NCBI RefSeq assembly: GCF_964355755.1
Contig: NC_092673.1
Coordinates: forward strand, 14,604,948 to 14,668,947
Length of the DNA: 64,000 nucleotides
Source: Antedon mediterranea
Taxonomy: Eukaryota; Animalia; Echinodermata
Direction of reading: 5' to 3'
This document shows positions 37,386 through 50,300 of this stretch, piece by piece; position 1 is the stretch's first letter, and each line of letters opens with the position of its first letter. The position numbers were made by a program, and so were the translations under genes. The notes under the pieces are model-generated. The model was not told where the DNA came from. It saw only the letters and a list, made by a program, of their open reading frames with translations, and made no database searches.

Positions 37386-38149
37386 ATGACATTAAGACAC
37401 AGGTCTTCGTGTTCGTGTGGATCTGTTGTCACAAATAATTTAAACAGTAAGCTTTTCAGTGACGTATACGTAACATTTAGAGAATTTCTCCAGCGATTTT
37501 CCATACTTGTGGTAATTTGATTACCGGATTTCGTATAGACAGTGAAATAGTACTATAGGCGTTTTTCTGTTACGATTTCAGGACAAAATGTAGGCATTTA
37601 TAAACTGCAAACATGTGCATGGAATATACTGTGTAGGCATACTGTTATCATTGCATAACGTAATAGATAGACGAGGTGGTACAATTATCTAGATATTACC
37701 GATCATACCATGGTGTAATAGAAACTAACAAATAATATTTCCGGTTTTCCGTCATTTTTCGGCTTCAACCAAAAATCAGTAGTATTATTTAAATTTCTTC
37801 AAATATTATCATTCTACAGTTAAATGTTTAGTTTGAAATTGCACCCGATTCATATAAACATTGCAGCAGGGAGTTTTGAACTCCCTGATTGCAGTAGGCC
37901 TATACATCAAGAAGGTCATTATAGGCCTACAGTGGCTAACGATTTAATACCTTAAAAACTTGTTGGCTTGATAGAACAAATCTGCAGTAATAAATCGATA
38001 AAACGTTGCCAGTGGAAAGAATGTTATGTTAACAACGGCAATAGATTTTCCAAAAGTACATCATTTGTCTCAGATGAATACATTTCAGTATCCGGAAAAA
38101 CTCATGTATCACCCAGTGAAGTGCGTTGGCAATCATAGTTAATTTAACT

Positions 38150-39400
38150 CTGTCATACCATGGAGACTCCATGGTCATAAATTATGCCACAGCAATTATC
38201 AATACGATCCATAAACATCGATTGTAAAGACAGCTTCTTTGCATAGACTGTACGTGATTTAAGGTTTCATTTGAGATTGTTGTAGTGTGTGCTCTGTTAC
38301 CTGACTGATAGATTTCTATATTCGTTGAATTATCAAAATAAAAACACGTCAAATAGTGTAGTAAAATACTTACAGCCAAAATGTTATACTTTTTGGAAAA
38401 TGGTCGGAGAATATTCTCAGTAATGTTTGAATAGAAGTATGTACAAATAGTTGGTTGAAGAACCATGAATCGCCAGAGTTGTTAATAGACGGATTTAACG
38501 GACTTTCACTTCCTGACATTCAGGGTTTATTTCAAGTGCAATACAACTTTCTTTTGCAATACTTTCCATCAAGCTGAGAATATTCAGTCATAGTTAAGAT
38601 GAATGCATATTGAAATAAAAAGCAGTTCTTGAAACAATAACTTCTGAAACTTTTGAACAACTTGACATGAAAAATCGCAAATAGCACCTGCATACAGTTT
38701 GATACTATAAAGATAATTTGTCGATATTTCGATGTGTTTTTAGAAAGTAGAGACACACATCTACTATTAACTACGATGTATGTCATTGATAGAACTACAT
38801 TGCAAATACCAAATATATAAACACTTATGTTCGGAAGACGCTTGGTTGCTAATTTCTCTTGATGGATGGTATTGCAGAAGTGGCTGACGTTCAGTGGAAG
38901 TCGTGTTTTCGAAGACATCGGATAAGGTCTAACTCATGCCATAGTCTCTTTTTTTTTCGCAGAATGTATAGGCCTATCATCATTGCTATTGAAACCGAGT
39001 AACTAAGAATACGAATCCAATCTGTAGTATCCTCATGTACAGTATAACGACTACTACTGTAGACAGCAAATATAAAAGCAGTGTAAATTATTGAAATGAT
39101 ACAGAAATATACAATCATTGCTGTAACACAACCATCTTCAACTAAACAGCTATCACTTTCTCGATCAGCAATGCTTTCATTGCATGATGTTAATGTTGCA
39201 CTTAAAGAAGACATCACCTCTGCGTCACTTTCCATTAACCAGTTTTGATTTTCTGCCACCGTTGCATTCGCATAAAATTTATCATACTCTCGACCTCTTT
39301 CATCACCTGACACACATATACATAGTATTCTGCAGATAAGACAGATCCCGAGACAGATCTTGCTGATCTTCTTCATCAAAATTTAGCTTTCCTCAAAATT
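38150..39400 (-). pseudogene. Multi-pass membrane protein relic, otopetrin (proton channel)-like
   Basis: Three consecutive hydrophobic ORF pieces in different frames, including SVYIFGICNVVLSM, MQVLFAIFHVKLF..CF and ILRPFS.KYNILAVSIL (compare the otopetrin YPFxIEYSL motif). Confidence 0.5.
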
Positions 39401-39979
39401 TCGATTTCCTTCTAGTATTTCGTTTGAGGAAGAAGACAATATTGTAAGACGTTTCCTCGTAGGAAATGTTTCACATATCAAAAAAATGGGTTGTGTTTAC
39501 ACCTTTTGATATAAAGTTTACGATACACAACGTATATTAGTTCTGAAATAAACTGTTGAGTTTCTCGATATGTTGAGAATATGCTTTGATGAGGAAAGAC
39601 TTACAAAAGGCATCTTCTATCTATATAAGGATTCAGTCTTTTAAACACAATTTGACAGGAATTCAATTCAATTAGACACACCTACAAAACAGTATAATAA
39701 TACTGTATTAAAACACAGTGAATTTTGTTTTCATTTGCATTTACTTTACCAACTGTACACAGTATCCAGAACTCTGTGTTTAAATTAATGCATGCTTCAC
39801 ATCACAATACTTTGGTATTATTATTATATATAATTGTAAACACTCGAAAATGATTTATCCTTTATTACTCAAAAAAATAAAACAAATTTTTTTTTCAAGA
39901 ACTCGTAAAAATTAAGTGGAAGAAAACTAAAAATTTTGAATGTAAAGTGGCGACTATTTTTTATAGAAACAACTGTACA

Positions 39980-40232
39980 TACTACTGTACATCACAACAA
40001 AAATGGTGACAATTGACCGAAATTAAATAGCTACGTGTGGTTATTATGGAGAACTAACTCAGATGGTAGAGCGCTCGGAGAGGTACGGGAATCAATGTCC
40101 AGGGTCTCCACTCATTTTGGTCGAAGTTTATTGCCGGTACTGTTATATTTTTTCATGTGATTTTACACTATATATTTTATCAAAACAATACTGGTTACAA
40201 TATAGACCGTAATAAAATGTCTTCTTGTGTGA
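39980..40232 (+). pseudogene. Further degenerate tRNA-Ala array unit (tRNA relic 40048-40110, start of another at ~40218)
   Basis: GGAGAACTAACTCAGATGGTAGAGCGCTC..GAGAGGTACGGGAATCAATGTCCAGGGTCTCCA with the same spacer motifs as 23345-24171. Confidence 0.8.
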
Positions 40233-42479
40233 TTTTAGAGGGGAACTCGCTTACTGTATGTAGGATACGCAGCGAACCGAGCGTACCCTATGATACATTT
40301 AGCACAACAAAGAAAACCCGTTGCTTTGAAACACAAAATTAATACTAATTGGATTGATGATGGCAAAAGATAATATTCATTTCAGGATGTATATAAAATT
40401 GAGAAAACTATATATTTTTTTATTTAACAGACAGTAGTAACTCCACTCCCTAAGACTCAAATGAGACTTAGTTTATAAGCACGATAAATTATAAAATAGT
40501 TTATCTATCCTGTAATTTGTGCGAGTTTGTGCTTGCTGTGGGAAGTGTATGAAAACAAATTTGAAGAACAGTTCAAAATTGGATTTTACTTTAAATTTAG
40601 TTTCACTATTATGTTTAATAACAACAATTTACTAGTATTTTTTAAGGATTTTAGTGTTAATTAAATATAAGTACAACTGTGATGACTGCACTTTCAATAC
40701 CTCTTTTACACAAAAAAGCATGGGTGTATAGAAAACTCAAATTTCAGATATACGGTATTTAGATTAAGAAAAAAAAAGAAAACCAAGAGATCAAATATAT
40801 CCGAGATCTAAGTTTTATAGACACTCAAAAATCATTCGTGGGAATCGAACTCAGATCAAGACTCACGCACGCACAGGTAGTGACAGGTAGTCTGTAAATT
40901 TGTAGCACATAACAAGGAGGCTAATACACAGTATGTCTTTACATTTATCTATCTATAATCACAAGCATTACAATAAAATTTACTTTAAACTGTTATTAAA
41001 TCTTACATATTAATTATATTACAAGCAGTGATAATTGTGAATATGTCTGTATTTAATTGAAGAATATTTATACTTATTGTATGAAGGAATTACTTAAAAA
41101 TATATTTTTTTTATAAATTAATGATTATACAAAATGCACTGTAAGTGCTGTGGAAGGTATAAGAAAATACTAATTTGGCAGTCGAATTTAATTTACAATA
41201 TAATGTTACAATAAAGAATTAGACAATATATAACGAAATAAAAGTAATTATTACCAATATAAATCTTTAAATGAAAATAGAAGAAAATAGTTCACTGTCT
41301 CATCTAAAATATTTAAAACTAATGGATCATTTTGATCAACCCATACAGTAGTATTGTAACTTTTCTTTGGACCATTGTACCCCAACACATTTTATTTCAT
41401 TCAATTTTACAAAAAAAAAATATTTAAAAAAAAAGAAAAAGGTAAAATAAAACAATATTATTGACTGAATGAACTGAGGCTAACCAAAGCAAGATTAACA
41501 AAACAAACTTATTTCCATTGGGATACAAAAGAAACATTGAAAACATTGCAGCTCCTAATCTAATTTTTTTAAACACCATCAATTACTATATAAAATGTTT
41601 AAAATAAAGATACTAAAGGTCTCTGATAGAGACCGAAACGTTTATTAAGTACTTCGTTTTAATAACCAGCTTATTCAAAAAAGAATTTTTTATCATCCAT
41701 AATATAAAAAATTATTAACAAGAATACAATTATTTACAACACGTACTACAAACAAATATAAAACACTACTAGTTTTTGGTTTAATATTTATTTTTTGAAA
41801 TAATCATTTAAAAAAAGGGAATTGTGACAAAGACAAATTATCCAATTGGCCTATATTTTAATTTTGAATTGCAGTCAACCGACGATAGTACTCAAGCACT
41901 ATTTTATTTACTAACTTCTTTTAAGGCAATACATAATATATCAATGAGGCATGGGAAATGCCAGTATTTTGTCATTTTGTAGTAAAATGAAATTTGTTTT
42001 TTTATTTATTTACATGCATTTTCAAAATAAATTTAAATTATGAAAGATAAAAAATACCATACTTATTTAAATAAATTCAATCTCTTGAACATGTAATCCA
42101 CTGTTTTTTATTAGGGTGCGGGAAATAGCCATAACCTAATCAACTATTGTGTAACATTAACTACTAACATAATCAACCACTAATAATGTACACTCTAATA
42201 AAAACCAAGCACCATATTAATCCATATTAACCACTACCGTACCTAATTAACAACTAATGTAATACATTCATTTTATGACAACACATATAAAATATTACTG
42301 CCTCTAATTTAGAAACGCATTGATATGTCATCATGACATACACATCTCTAATGAGATACATTCAACCTACCAATGTTGCTCAGGATACAATTTTGTCATC
42401 ATGGTAATGTGAAGGTACCCCAGTTGAGTAGATTAGTCAATACAAATTGTACAGTACTATCAACGTTGCTCAGGTTATT

Positions 42480-44170
42480 ATGACCGATATCAATATTTTA
42501 AACTCTGCTGCTTACGTCTAGTGATACAGGTAGTGAGTTAAAACTCATAAGGGTTGCCTCTTCTCTTAGTGTTTGTTATGTGTCTGCCAAAGTTGTTTTT
42601 GAATTTGTTGACTGATGTGATAAGAACAGTAGAGAGTTCCATAGACTCACAATTGGTGAGTAAAAGAAAGAAGAACTTTTCTTGACAAGTTTATATGGAT
42701 GTATAGTGTTGAATTTCAGACATCAAAGTAAACAAATTTGAAGAATTGATATTGCCGTAACCCTTTATTTTAAAAACGTCAATGATGTCACCATCAAGTC
42801 ATGCGTGGAGTCTTGATTCTGTTAGAAGATCACGTATCTCCGGAACAAGTTTGGTAGCTCGATTTTGGACTTTTTCTAAAATGAGGAGACCATACCTGCA
42901 TACTGCATCAGAGGTCTCACAAGCGATGTATATAGTGGTAGAAACATATCAGAGTCCAAGTATGCAAAAGTTGTCTTGATGCGTTAAATCATCGCGTTAG
43001 ATTTTGCTGCAGATTTCTTTCTTTTTTTCTTTTATTTCAATAAACAATGGCCTCCGACCCATTTCACATAATAAAATCTATATTATTTTCGGACATGCCG
43101 GTTTTTTCTTTCGATTTCAGGTCGGGTTTAGCAAAAAACCGAGGTATTTCATGCTACACCTCAGATTTCAGAGATGTAGCCCCCAGCTGATATGTGTATT
43201 TAGGATTGTGTACGACAAATGCATTGTTGTACACTTCGATTCGTTAAACTTTGGTCACCACTTCTGACTCCATTGTCGTAATTTTGTAAGGCCAGCTTGA
43301 AGTATTTCGTTATCAAAAATGGATTTAATCAAAAAGCTTAGCATCAAGAATATCGTTCACAAATATAAGAAATAGTACTGTGCCTAGAACGCTACCTTGT
43401 GGCACACCGCTAGTTACTAGCAGAAAAACAGACCTTTCACTACAACCTGTTGATGACGCCGAGTCATGAAATGAGTTATCCGTCGGCGGAAAGGACAGCC
43501 GATTCCATAACCTTTTAATGTTTGTTAATTAGTCGTAGATAAATGACATCGACTGCATTGTGAAGATCTTCAAAAACTCCAAAAGTTGTGTTAGAGAGGA
43601 ACTTCGAGTTTGAGCAAGTTATGCGTCTCCAGATGAGAAACTATAGCATTTCTTGAAATCTTTTCCATAAGTTTGCATGCAAAACGGATGTCAGACTGAT
43701 TGGGCGATAGTTGAGAACATCAGACCGGGAACCGCTCTTGTGACAGAGCGTCTTTCCAGATCTTGGAAATTTCACCTCTTGCCAATGATTGAGACATAAT
43801 TAGATACAAAGCTAATGCCAGAACTGGACCACATTCATTCAATATTTTAGGACGAACAGCATCAAGGACCAGCACACAGCTAGAACATCATCAGGTGAAA
43901 AGACAACCTTGAGAATTTCAGGTCCGTGGCAAAGTGATCACTTTTTCTTTAACAAACACCTCGTGGAAAGCATGGTTCAACAGTTCACTTCAAGATTAGA
44001 AGCATGACGTTTAATGTTGGTAACTTTAATAGTAGTCTTGCTTCTAGCATAGGCGTAAAACGCTTTAGGATCAATATTTATATTAGCTGCTACAGTATGT
44101 CCTCAAATTTTAGTTTGACATGCCTTACTGCAGAAACAGATGCGTTTCTCAGAAACAATGCGTTTCTAGC
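42480..44170 (-). mobile_element. CR1 LINE reverse transcriptase relic
   Basis: Minus-strand peptides NYRPISLTS, SGVPQGSVLG, QNRATKLVPE; many frameshifts. Confidence 0.82.
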
Positions 44171-44398
44171 TTTACAGTATTGTTGGTAACGTATTGTTGG
44201 TAACGTATTGTTGTCTCCTTTTGCGATATTTTAACCAGGCTCGGTTCTTTGCTTCAATTTTGGACATCGCTAATCTTGATCTTGTTAACCATTTTTGATC
44301 TTGTTAACTATATTTGGTACTTGTTGATCATGTTATTCATCACATCCCCTGATTGACAATTGCTTGAGACATAATCAATTGGAAACCAGTATTAATTT

Positions 44399-47355
44399 CT
44401 AATACTCGATTCCCCTTCTAAAACACTCTCTTATAATGTGATTCATTACATCCTCCGATAGATTGCAATTACGCATCGCAAAGTGCTTAAGCTTTGGAGA
44501 AATATCCAATAAGTAACACAGCAAAGTAATATCAATACTACTGAGGTTATTATCTTCGACTACGAACCATTCTAATGCTGTACTTGAACACACTCCAAAC
44601 ATGTCATTCATTATATCCCCAGATAGATTGCAATTGCGCATTTCGAGTTCACCGAGCTTTGGAAACATAATCCATAAATGACCCAATAAACGACCATCAA
44701 TACCAACAAGGTCATTGTCACTGATCTCGATTCTTCGTAATGCTGCACTCCTTAAATGTGTTCTGAGCATGTCATTCATTATGCAACCTGATAGATTGCA
44801 ATTATTTATTCGAAGGTACGCCAGTTGAGGAGACACAATCAAAGATCTCAGTGTAGTACCATCAATGTTACCGAGGTTATTATCATCAATATCAATACCT
44901 TGTAATGGCAATGCTACTTTACTATTTGAACACTCTGTGATTAGGCCCTTCATTGCGTCTCCTGATAGGCAGCAATTACGCATAAAAAGTGACCTTAGAT
45001 TAGAAGACATAATCAATAATGAACGCAGTAAACAACCATCAATGTTGCTGAGGTTGTTATCATCGATACTAAACGATTCTAATGCTACTAAAACTCTACT
45101 ACTTGAACACTCTATGATCATGTGATTCATTATGTCCCCTGATAGATTGCAATTACGCATCGCAAGGTGCTTCAGCTTTGGAGAAATATCCAGCAAACAA
45201 CCGAGTAAAGTACCATCAATTTGGCAAAGATCATTATTATCAATATCAAATTGTTCTAATGGTACTTCAATTCTTCTAATTGCACACTCTGTGATCATGT
45301 CATTCAGTACGTCCCCCGATATATTGCAATTACACATTGCAAGTTGAACCAGCTTCGGAGACAAATTCAATAAACAACAGAGTAAAGTACCTTCAATGTT
45401 GTCAAGCATATTTCCCGCAATATCAAGGCGTTCTAATGCTACTGGAACTCCACTACGTGAACATTCTTTGATCATGTGATTCATAACGACTCCTGATAGA
45501 TTGCAATTACTTATCGCAAGGTGCTTCAGCTTTGGAGACATAATCAACAAGGAACCAAGTAATGTGCCATCTACGTCACTGAGGTTATTATCACTGATAT
45601 CGATCCCTTGTAATGCTACTTTAACTCCTCTACTTAAACACTCATCAACCATTTCATTCATTACATCACCTGACAGTTTTTCAAATGTAACTCTACTACA
45701 CTTGCTTTCGATACCTAAAATGTGTGCAAGAACTCTTCCCTTAGAATCAGATGCCATCTCTCTACAAAAGATGTCTAAATTATCATTATAATATTTCATG
45801 CAATGAAGTTGCATAATGAGATGTATGAAATTATCTTCACAGTATATGTCTGGATATGTGTGCTGAATGAACATGCTGATGGATGTTGATATATCGTCTA
45901 CATGTTTCAGTATTTGTAAATCCTTGCTGGTCATGTAATTAATTAATGCAATTAACACATTATCCTCATGTCTATTGTTAACATTTACCATATTTCTTGG
46001 TAGACTGCGATATGTTGATAAATTATTGGTAATCCAGTGCTTCAAGAATTTATCAGCATCATCACCTAGAAAACCAATTGCAAACGCTCTTGCCCCCTCT
46101 AAATGTTTGCTTTCTCTAATTACCTCCCATTCATCGTCGTTCAATGGGGTAAGGAATCGTCTCGTATACTCTGAGGATTCATTCCCTCTACTTTTTCCTT
46201 CACATGATTTGCACAAGTAAAATCCTACTAAGGCATCTGAAATTAACTTGTGAAGAGGTGTGTAAATTGCTTCAAAGTTACATTTCTCAATTGATGAATC
46301 TTTATAAACAAATCCAAGTTTCAAAGCCAATTCACCAATATCTTTGTTAGCTTTGAGGTAATTTTCGTTTATTGAAAGTCGATTTACTTTCAAGCTGTTA
46401 AACATACACTTTCCTAAAAACATAATAGCATTTACATATGCCATTGGAATGGTCTCAAACTTAGAGATCTTCCAGTATTTCTTTTTTGGTTTGTTAAACT
46501 GATTCAAAATATTGCAGAAAACTCCTCTAAGGAGGTCAACTTTGTTATCAGGAAGACTTCCCATTTCTTTCCACATAATACAAAATGAGAGAAGAAACAT
46601 TGGATTGGAGCACAATGAATAAACTGTTGGGTGTCTACAAAGCTTATCTTTTTCACCAATGCCCAATTCCTCTCTGAGGGTTTTCCCCAATTCGGGTCTT
46701 TTAAAATACACAAAGTGTTTGTCGATGTACTTTCCTATGCCCTCTTTATTAAATCCAGTAACTCTTACATGTATATCACTCATTTTTTTGAATTCATCAA
46801 GATTACCTGATCTTGATGTGAGTATCACAACACTATTCTCCAAGTATTCCTTTCTGAAAAGTCTAATTAGGCTTGTATTCTTAGACTTTAATTCTTCTAA
46901 TCCATCTAACATTAATACAACTTGATTTTCATGATTTACTATGAAACGTTTAATTAACTTTGAATCTTGTGGAAGATTAGTTCTCAAACAGAAATCTATC
47001 ATATCCAGTTGCTTTACAATTAAATCTAGGATTCCCTCATTTACGTCTAATTCTCTTATGTTCAAAAGAAATACAACTTTACCTTTAAAGGCTTTAATTG
47101 ATTGATTAGCGTTGTATGCTAAATACCTTAATAAGGTCGTTTTCCCAGTACCTACCTCACCCTCTATAAGTACTTTACATGCAGGTGTGGATTGTATAAC
47201 ATCTAACATTCCATCTAATGTTATTAACTCAGTTCCTTTCTTCAAGATTTCCATATCACTGAAAATGTCACTTACATTGACTACATAATCACAAATTTGT
47301 GGTGTAAATTTGTTGAACAACTGGTGTCTACTAAGTAGAAACATTTCTATTTTTT
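44399..47355 (-). CDS. NACHT + LRR terminal exon of the NLR
   Basis: 981-aa ORF: Walker A GEVGTGKTT, Walker B VVLMLDGLEEL, VILTSR sensor 1, NPMFL, HKLISD; ~57-aa RI-like LRR pairs. Confidence 0.95.
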
Positions 47356-50300
47356 CTATAAAAACAAGTTTGATATAAATTAACTACAATAACAAAAAAG
47401 TTGATATGATATAAGTAAATCTTAATTGAAATTGTCTTTTGAGACAGACCTTGGCCATAAAAAAGTTAGTAACTGAAAACATTGCTTAAAAAACTAAACC
47501 TGCATTTGCAATTCTCTACAGATCTGCAAATGTTTTTTCAGGGGGATACTCACTAACTATAGATTTTATTTATTAGCATAGAATACATTTTGACAAAGCT
47601 AATCCAGGTTGCAATCTGGTAGTTTAAAAACATGGAACCCATGTCATTCCCAGGTTACTGAATTAGATGTAAAAAGAAATTAGATTCAGACTTGACACAG
47701 GTTTATTTTAAGCTTAGCAGTGTAGTGCATGTGACATTATAATCATAATACAAAAAAGCTTCCTTTTTCGTATCACTGACCACATGACACATATTAGATA
47801 AAAATACTAGAAAAAAAAAGAACACGCCTCGGTTGATAATTTAATGAATAAATTAATAAAAACACTAATGTACTGTTGTTGGATAAAATTACATGTTGTA
47901 TCAGTGATAAATTAGAGCTATACGACACTTTCCGATCACTCAACTGGGTATTTATATCAAACAACAACAATTTATCAAAGCTCTCCTAATTCCAACTTTG
48001 AACTTCATAAAAAAAATGCTAAAATATTCAACTTACCCTCAGTAAAAAGTTCCTCTTTAAGACTGCCGCTAAACCCTGGAGAATCAAATAATATGCAGAT
48101 ACTGTTTATGAATAAATTAAATTTATGTATAACTAAAGATACAATTTTGGGCTAGACCAGGTATATGGTAGACATCATTTGAATTCTAATCATTAACTAG
48201 TTATATAAAACACTATTAGTTTATCTGTATGATTTTTACAACAAGTACAATGACTCAAAATTATAATTATGTAATCACAAGGAATGTACACAATTACGGT
48301 AAAGCTCTCAGTATTTATGCTAAATTAAGGTTAGGCTTTTCTTCAGTAACATTCATAATGAGAAGAAATACAGTACAGTAGATTTAATTGCCATTGGCAA
48401 TGCACCACATGGTTAAAAAATGGTAGCAACTGGAGAGACATCCAAATGATTGATGCAAAAGAGTGTCTACATCATTTAAAAAATTACAAGTTAAAGATGT
48501 ATTGCCCCTTGAAACACAAAAAAATGAAGGTCAAAATATTCTAAATTTAAATTGGCCATATCAAAGTAATATTAAAGTTATTCACTTTAAGTTGAAAATA
48601 CATCTAAAAATAAATAAATTTAAAGAATATTTACATACTGTACATAACTTGGCCTTGTTCTTCTTTATGTATTTCACGGTCTCCTGCACCTATCCAAAGA
48701 AATGAATACATCTTGTAACAGCTTTAAGAAATGTTGTTTATAAATTGTTGATTCTATCCTTATCATTATTTATTCTGTTTCTGCTATAAGTTTTTTCAAT
48801 AAAAAAAAGTTGCAAAAAAGATTATTATAATTGTTTATGTTTTACAAACTGCTTTCGTTTATTTTGATAAATGATAAAATAAACTCTAATGCACGTTCAG
48901 CTTTCAGTAATCATTTTGAGAATTTTTGCCATGCGACATGTTGAATGATCTGTGTTCGAAAATCAATTTCTTGTGTGCGCCTTCTATAATTGTTCTACTC
49001 AGCATCTAAAGTTGGAGCAAAATGCACAAAAGTTTGCGGAACTAGGGTGGAAAATGGTAAAGTACGTCAAGAGTCATCGATCATACCAAAATATTAAAAA
49101 AATATTAAGTAGGTCAACTGTACTAACATTTGTAAAGCTAGTTCCTTATTCACCGTAGATGCACAAAAGTTCACGGAATTAGGGTGGCAAATGGTTAAGT
49201 AGGTCAATGGACATCGATCCATACAAAAATATTTTGAAAAAATTAGGTAGGTCAAGTGTTATATAACGTTCGTAAAGCTAGTTACTTATTCGCTGTAGAG
49301 GGCGTAGATGCACAAAAGTTTGCGTAATTAGGGTGGCAAATATTAAAGTAGGTCAAAGGTCATCGATTCATACCAAAATATTTTGAAAATATTAAATAAC
49401 ATTCGTAAAAGCCAGTAATTACTTATTCGTCGTAGAGGGCGTAGATGCAAAAACGTTTGCAGAGCTAGGGTGGAAAATGGTAAAGTAGGTCAAGGGTCAT
49501 CGATCCATTCAAGGCTAACATGTTGATGCAATAACAACTCAATTAGACAGTTATCACGTATTAGAATCCGTTTTAAAAAATAGTTGTGACTGTCCCTTTA
49601 ATTGAATTTGAATAAGGAACAGTAACCAACTTCACAGACATGCAAAATTATCTGTCACAAGATCCCAGACTATATGCTGTTAACCCTACATCCTATAAAA
49701 CATGAATGTAACTTACCTTTACTTATGATCTCTTCAAGTTCTTCTTTAAGAGATTCAAAATGTCTCACTAATTCTATCAAAAGACATTATGATGTAATAA
49801 AAAATAGAAATATCATTTTTTTTATCTATAATAAATATCACAGTGCATGAATGACTTGCTTACATTCTCTCAGTATAATTAGACTGAATATTTTTGTGTC
49901 AAAAAGGTTTTCCTTTTATGTTGATTAAAAAATTATCATTATTAGGTCATGTAAAAATACAGCAGGACTATACTAACCTATGATAAAAGGGCAATTTAAA
50001 AAAAAAATTGAGATGTATGCATTTAATTTGAATCTTTAGTACAAATAATTCACAAAAAACTATATGCAATTTGACCCTTTTAATTCGCATAGCCTATAGA
50101 AGATGCTGAGGAAATTAAGCCTATTTAAAAATAAGATTTGGAATGTTCATTCATAGCCATCAAGAAATGCGGAAAATCGTTTTAAATTGTTTTAGTTGCC
50201 AATAATTAATTATCTAATATACATTTAATAGTGTACTCATGGTTTTCAATCAGTACGATCAACTTTCTCATTGTCATTGAGTAAAAATTCTCTCGCTTTG

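Noticed and set aside
41612-41645. Penelope-type hammerhead ribozyme (GGTCTC-TGATA-GAGACC-GAAAC)
   Set aside because: A stem II and GAAA are present, but the upstream CUGANGA core is absent; at most a dead Penelope terminal remnant
44865-46925. Plus-strand ORFs overlapping the NLR
   Set aside because: Antisense shadows of the NACHT-LRR exon with no independent motifs
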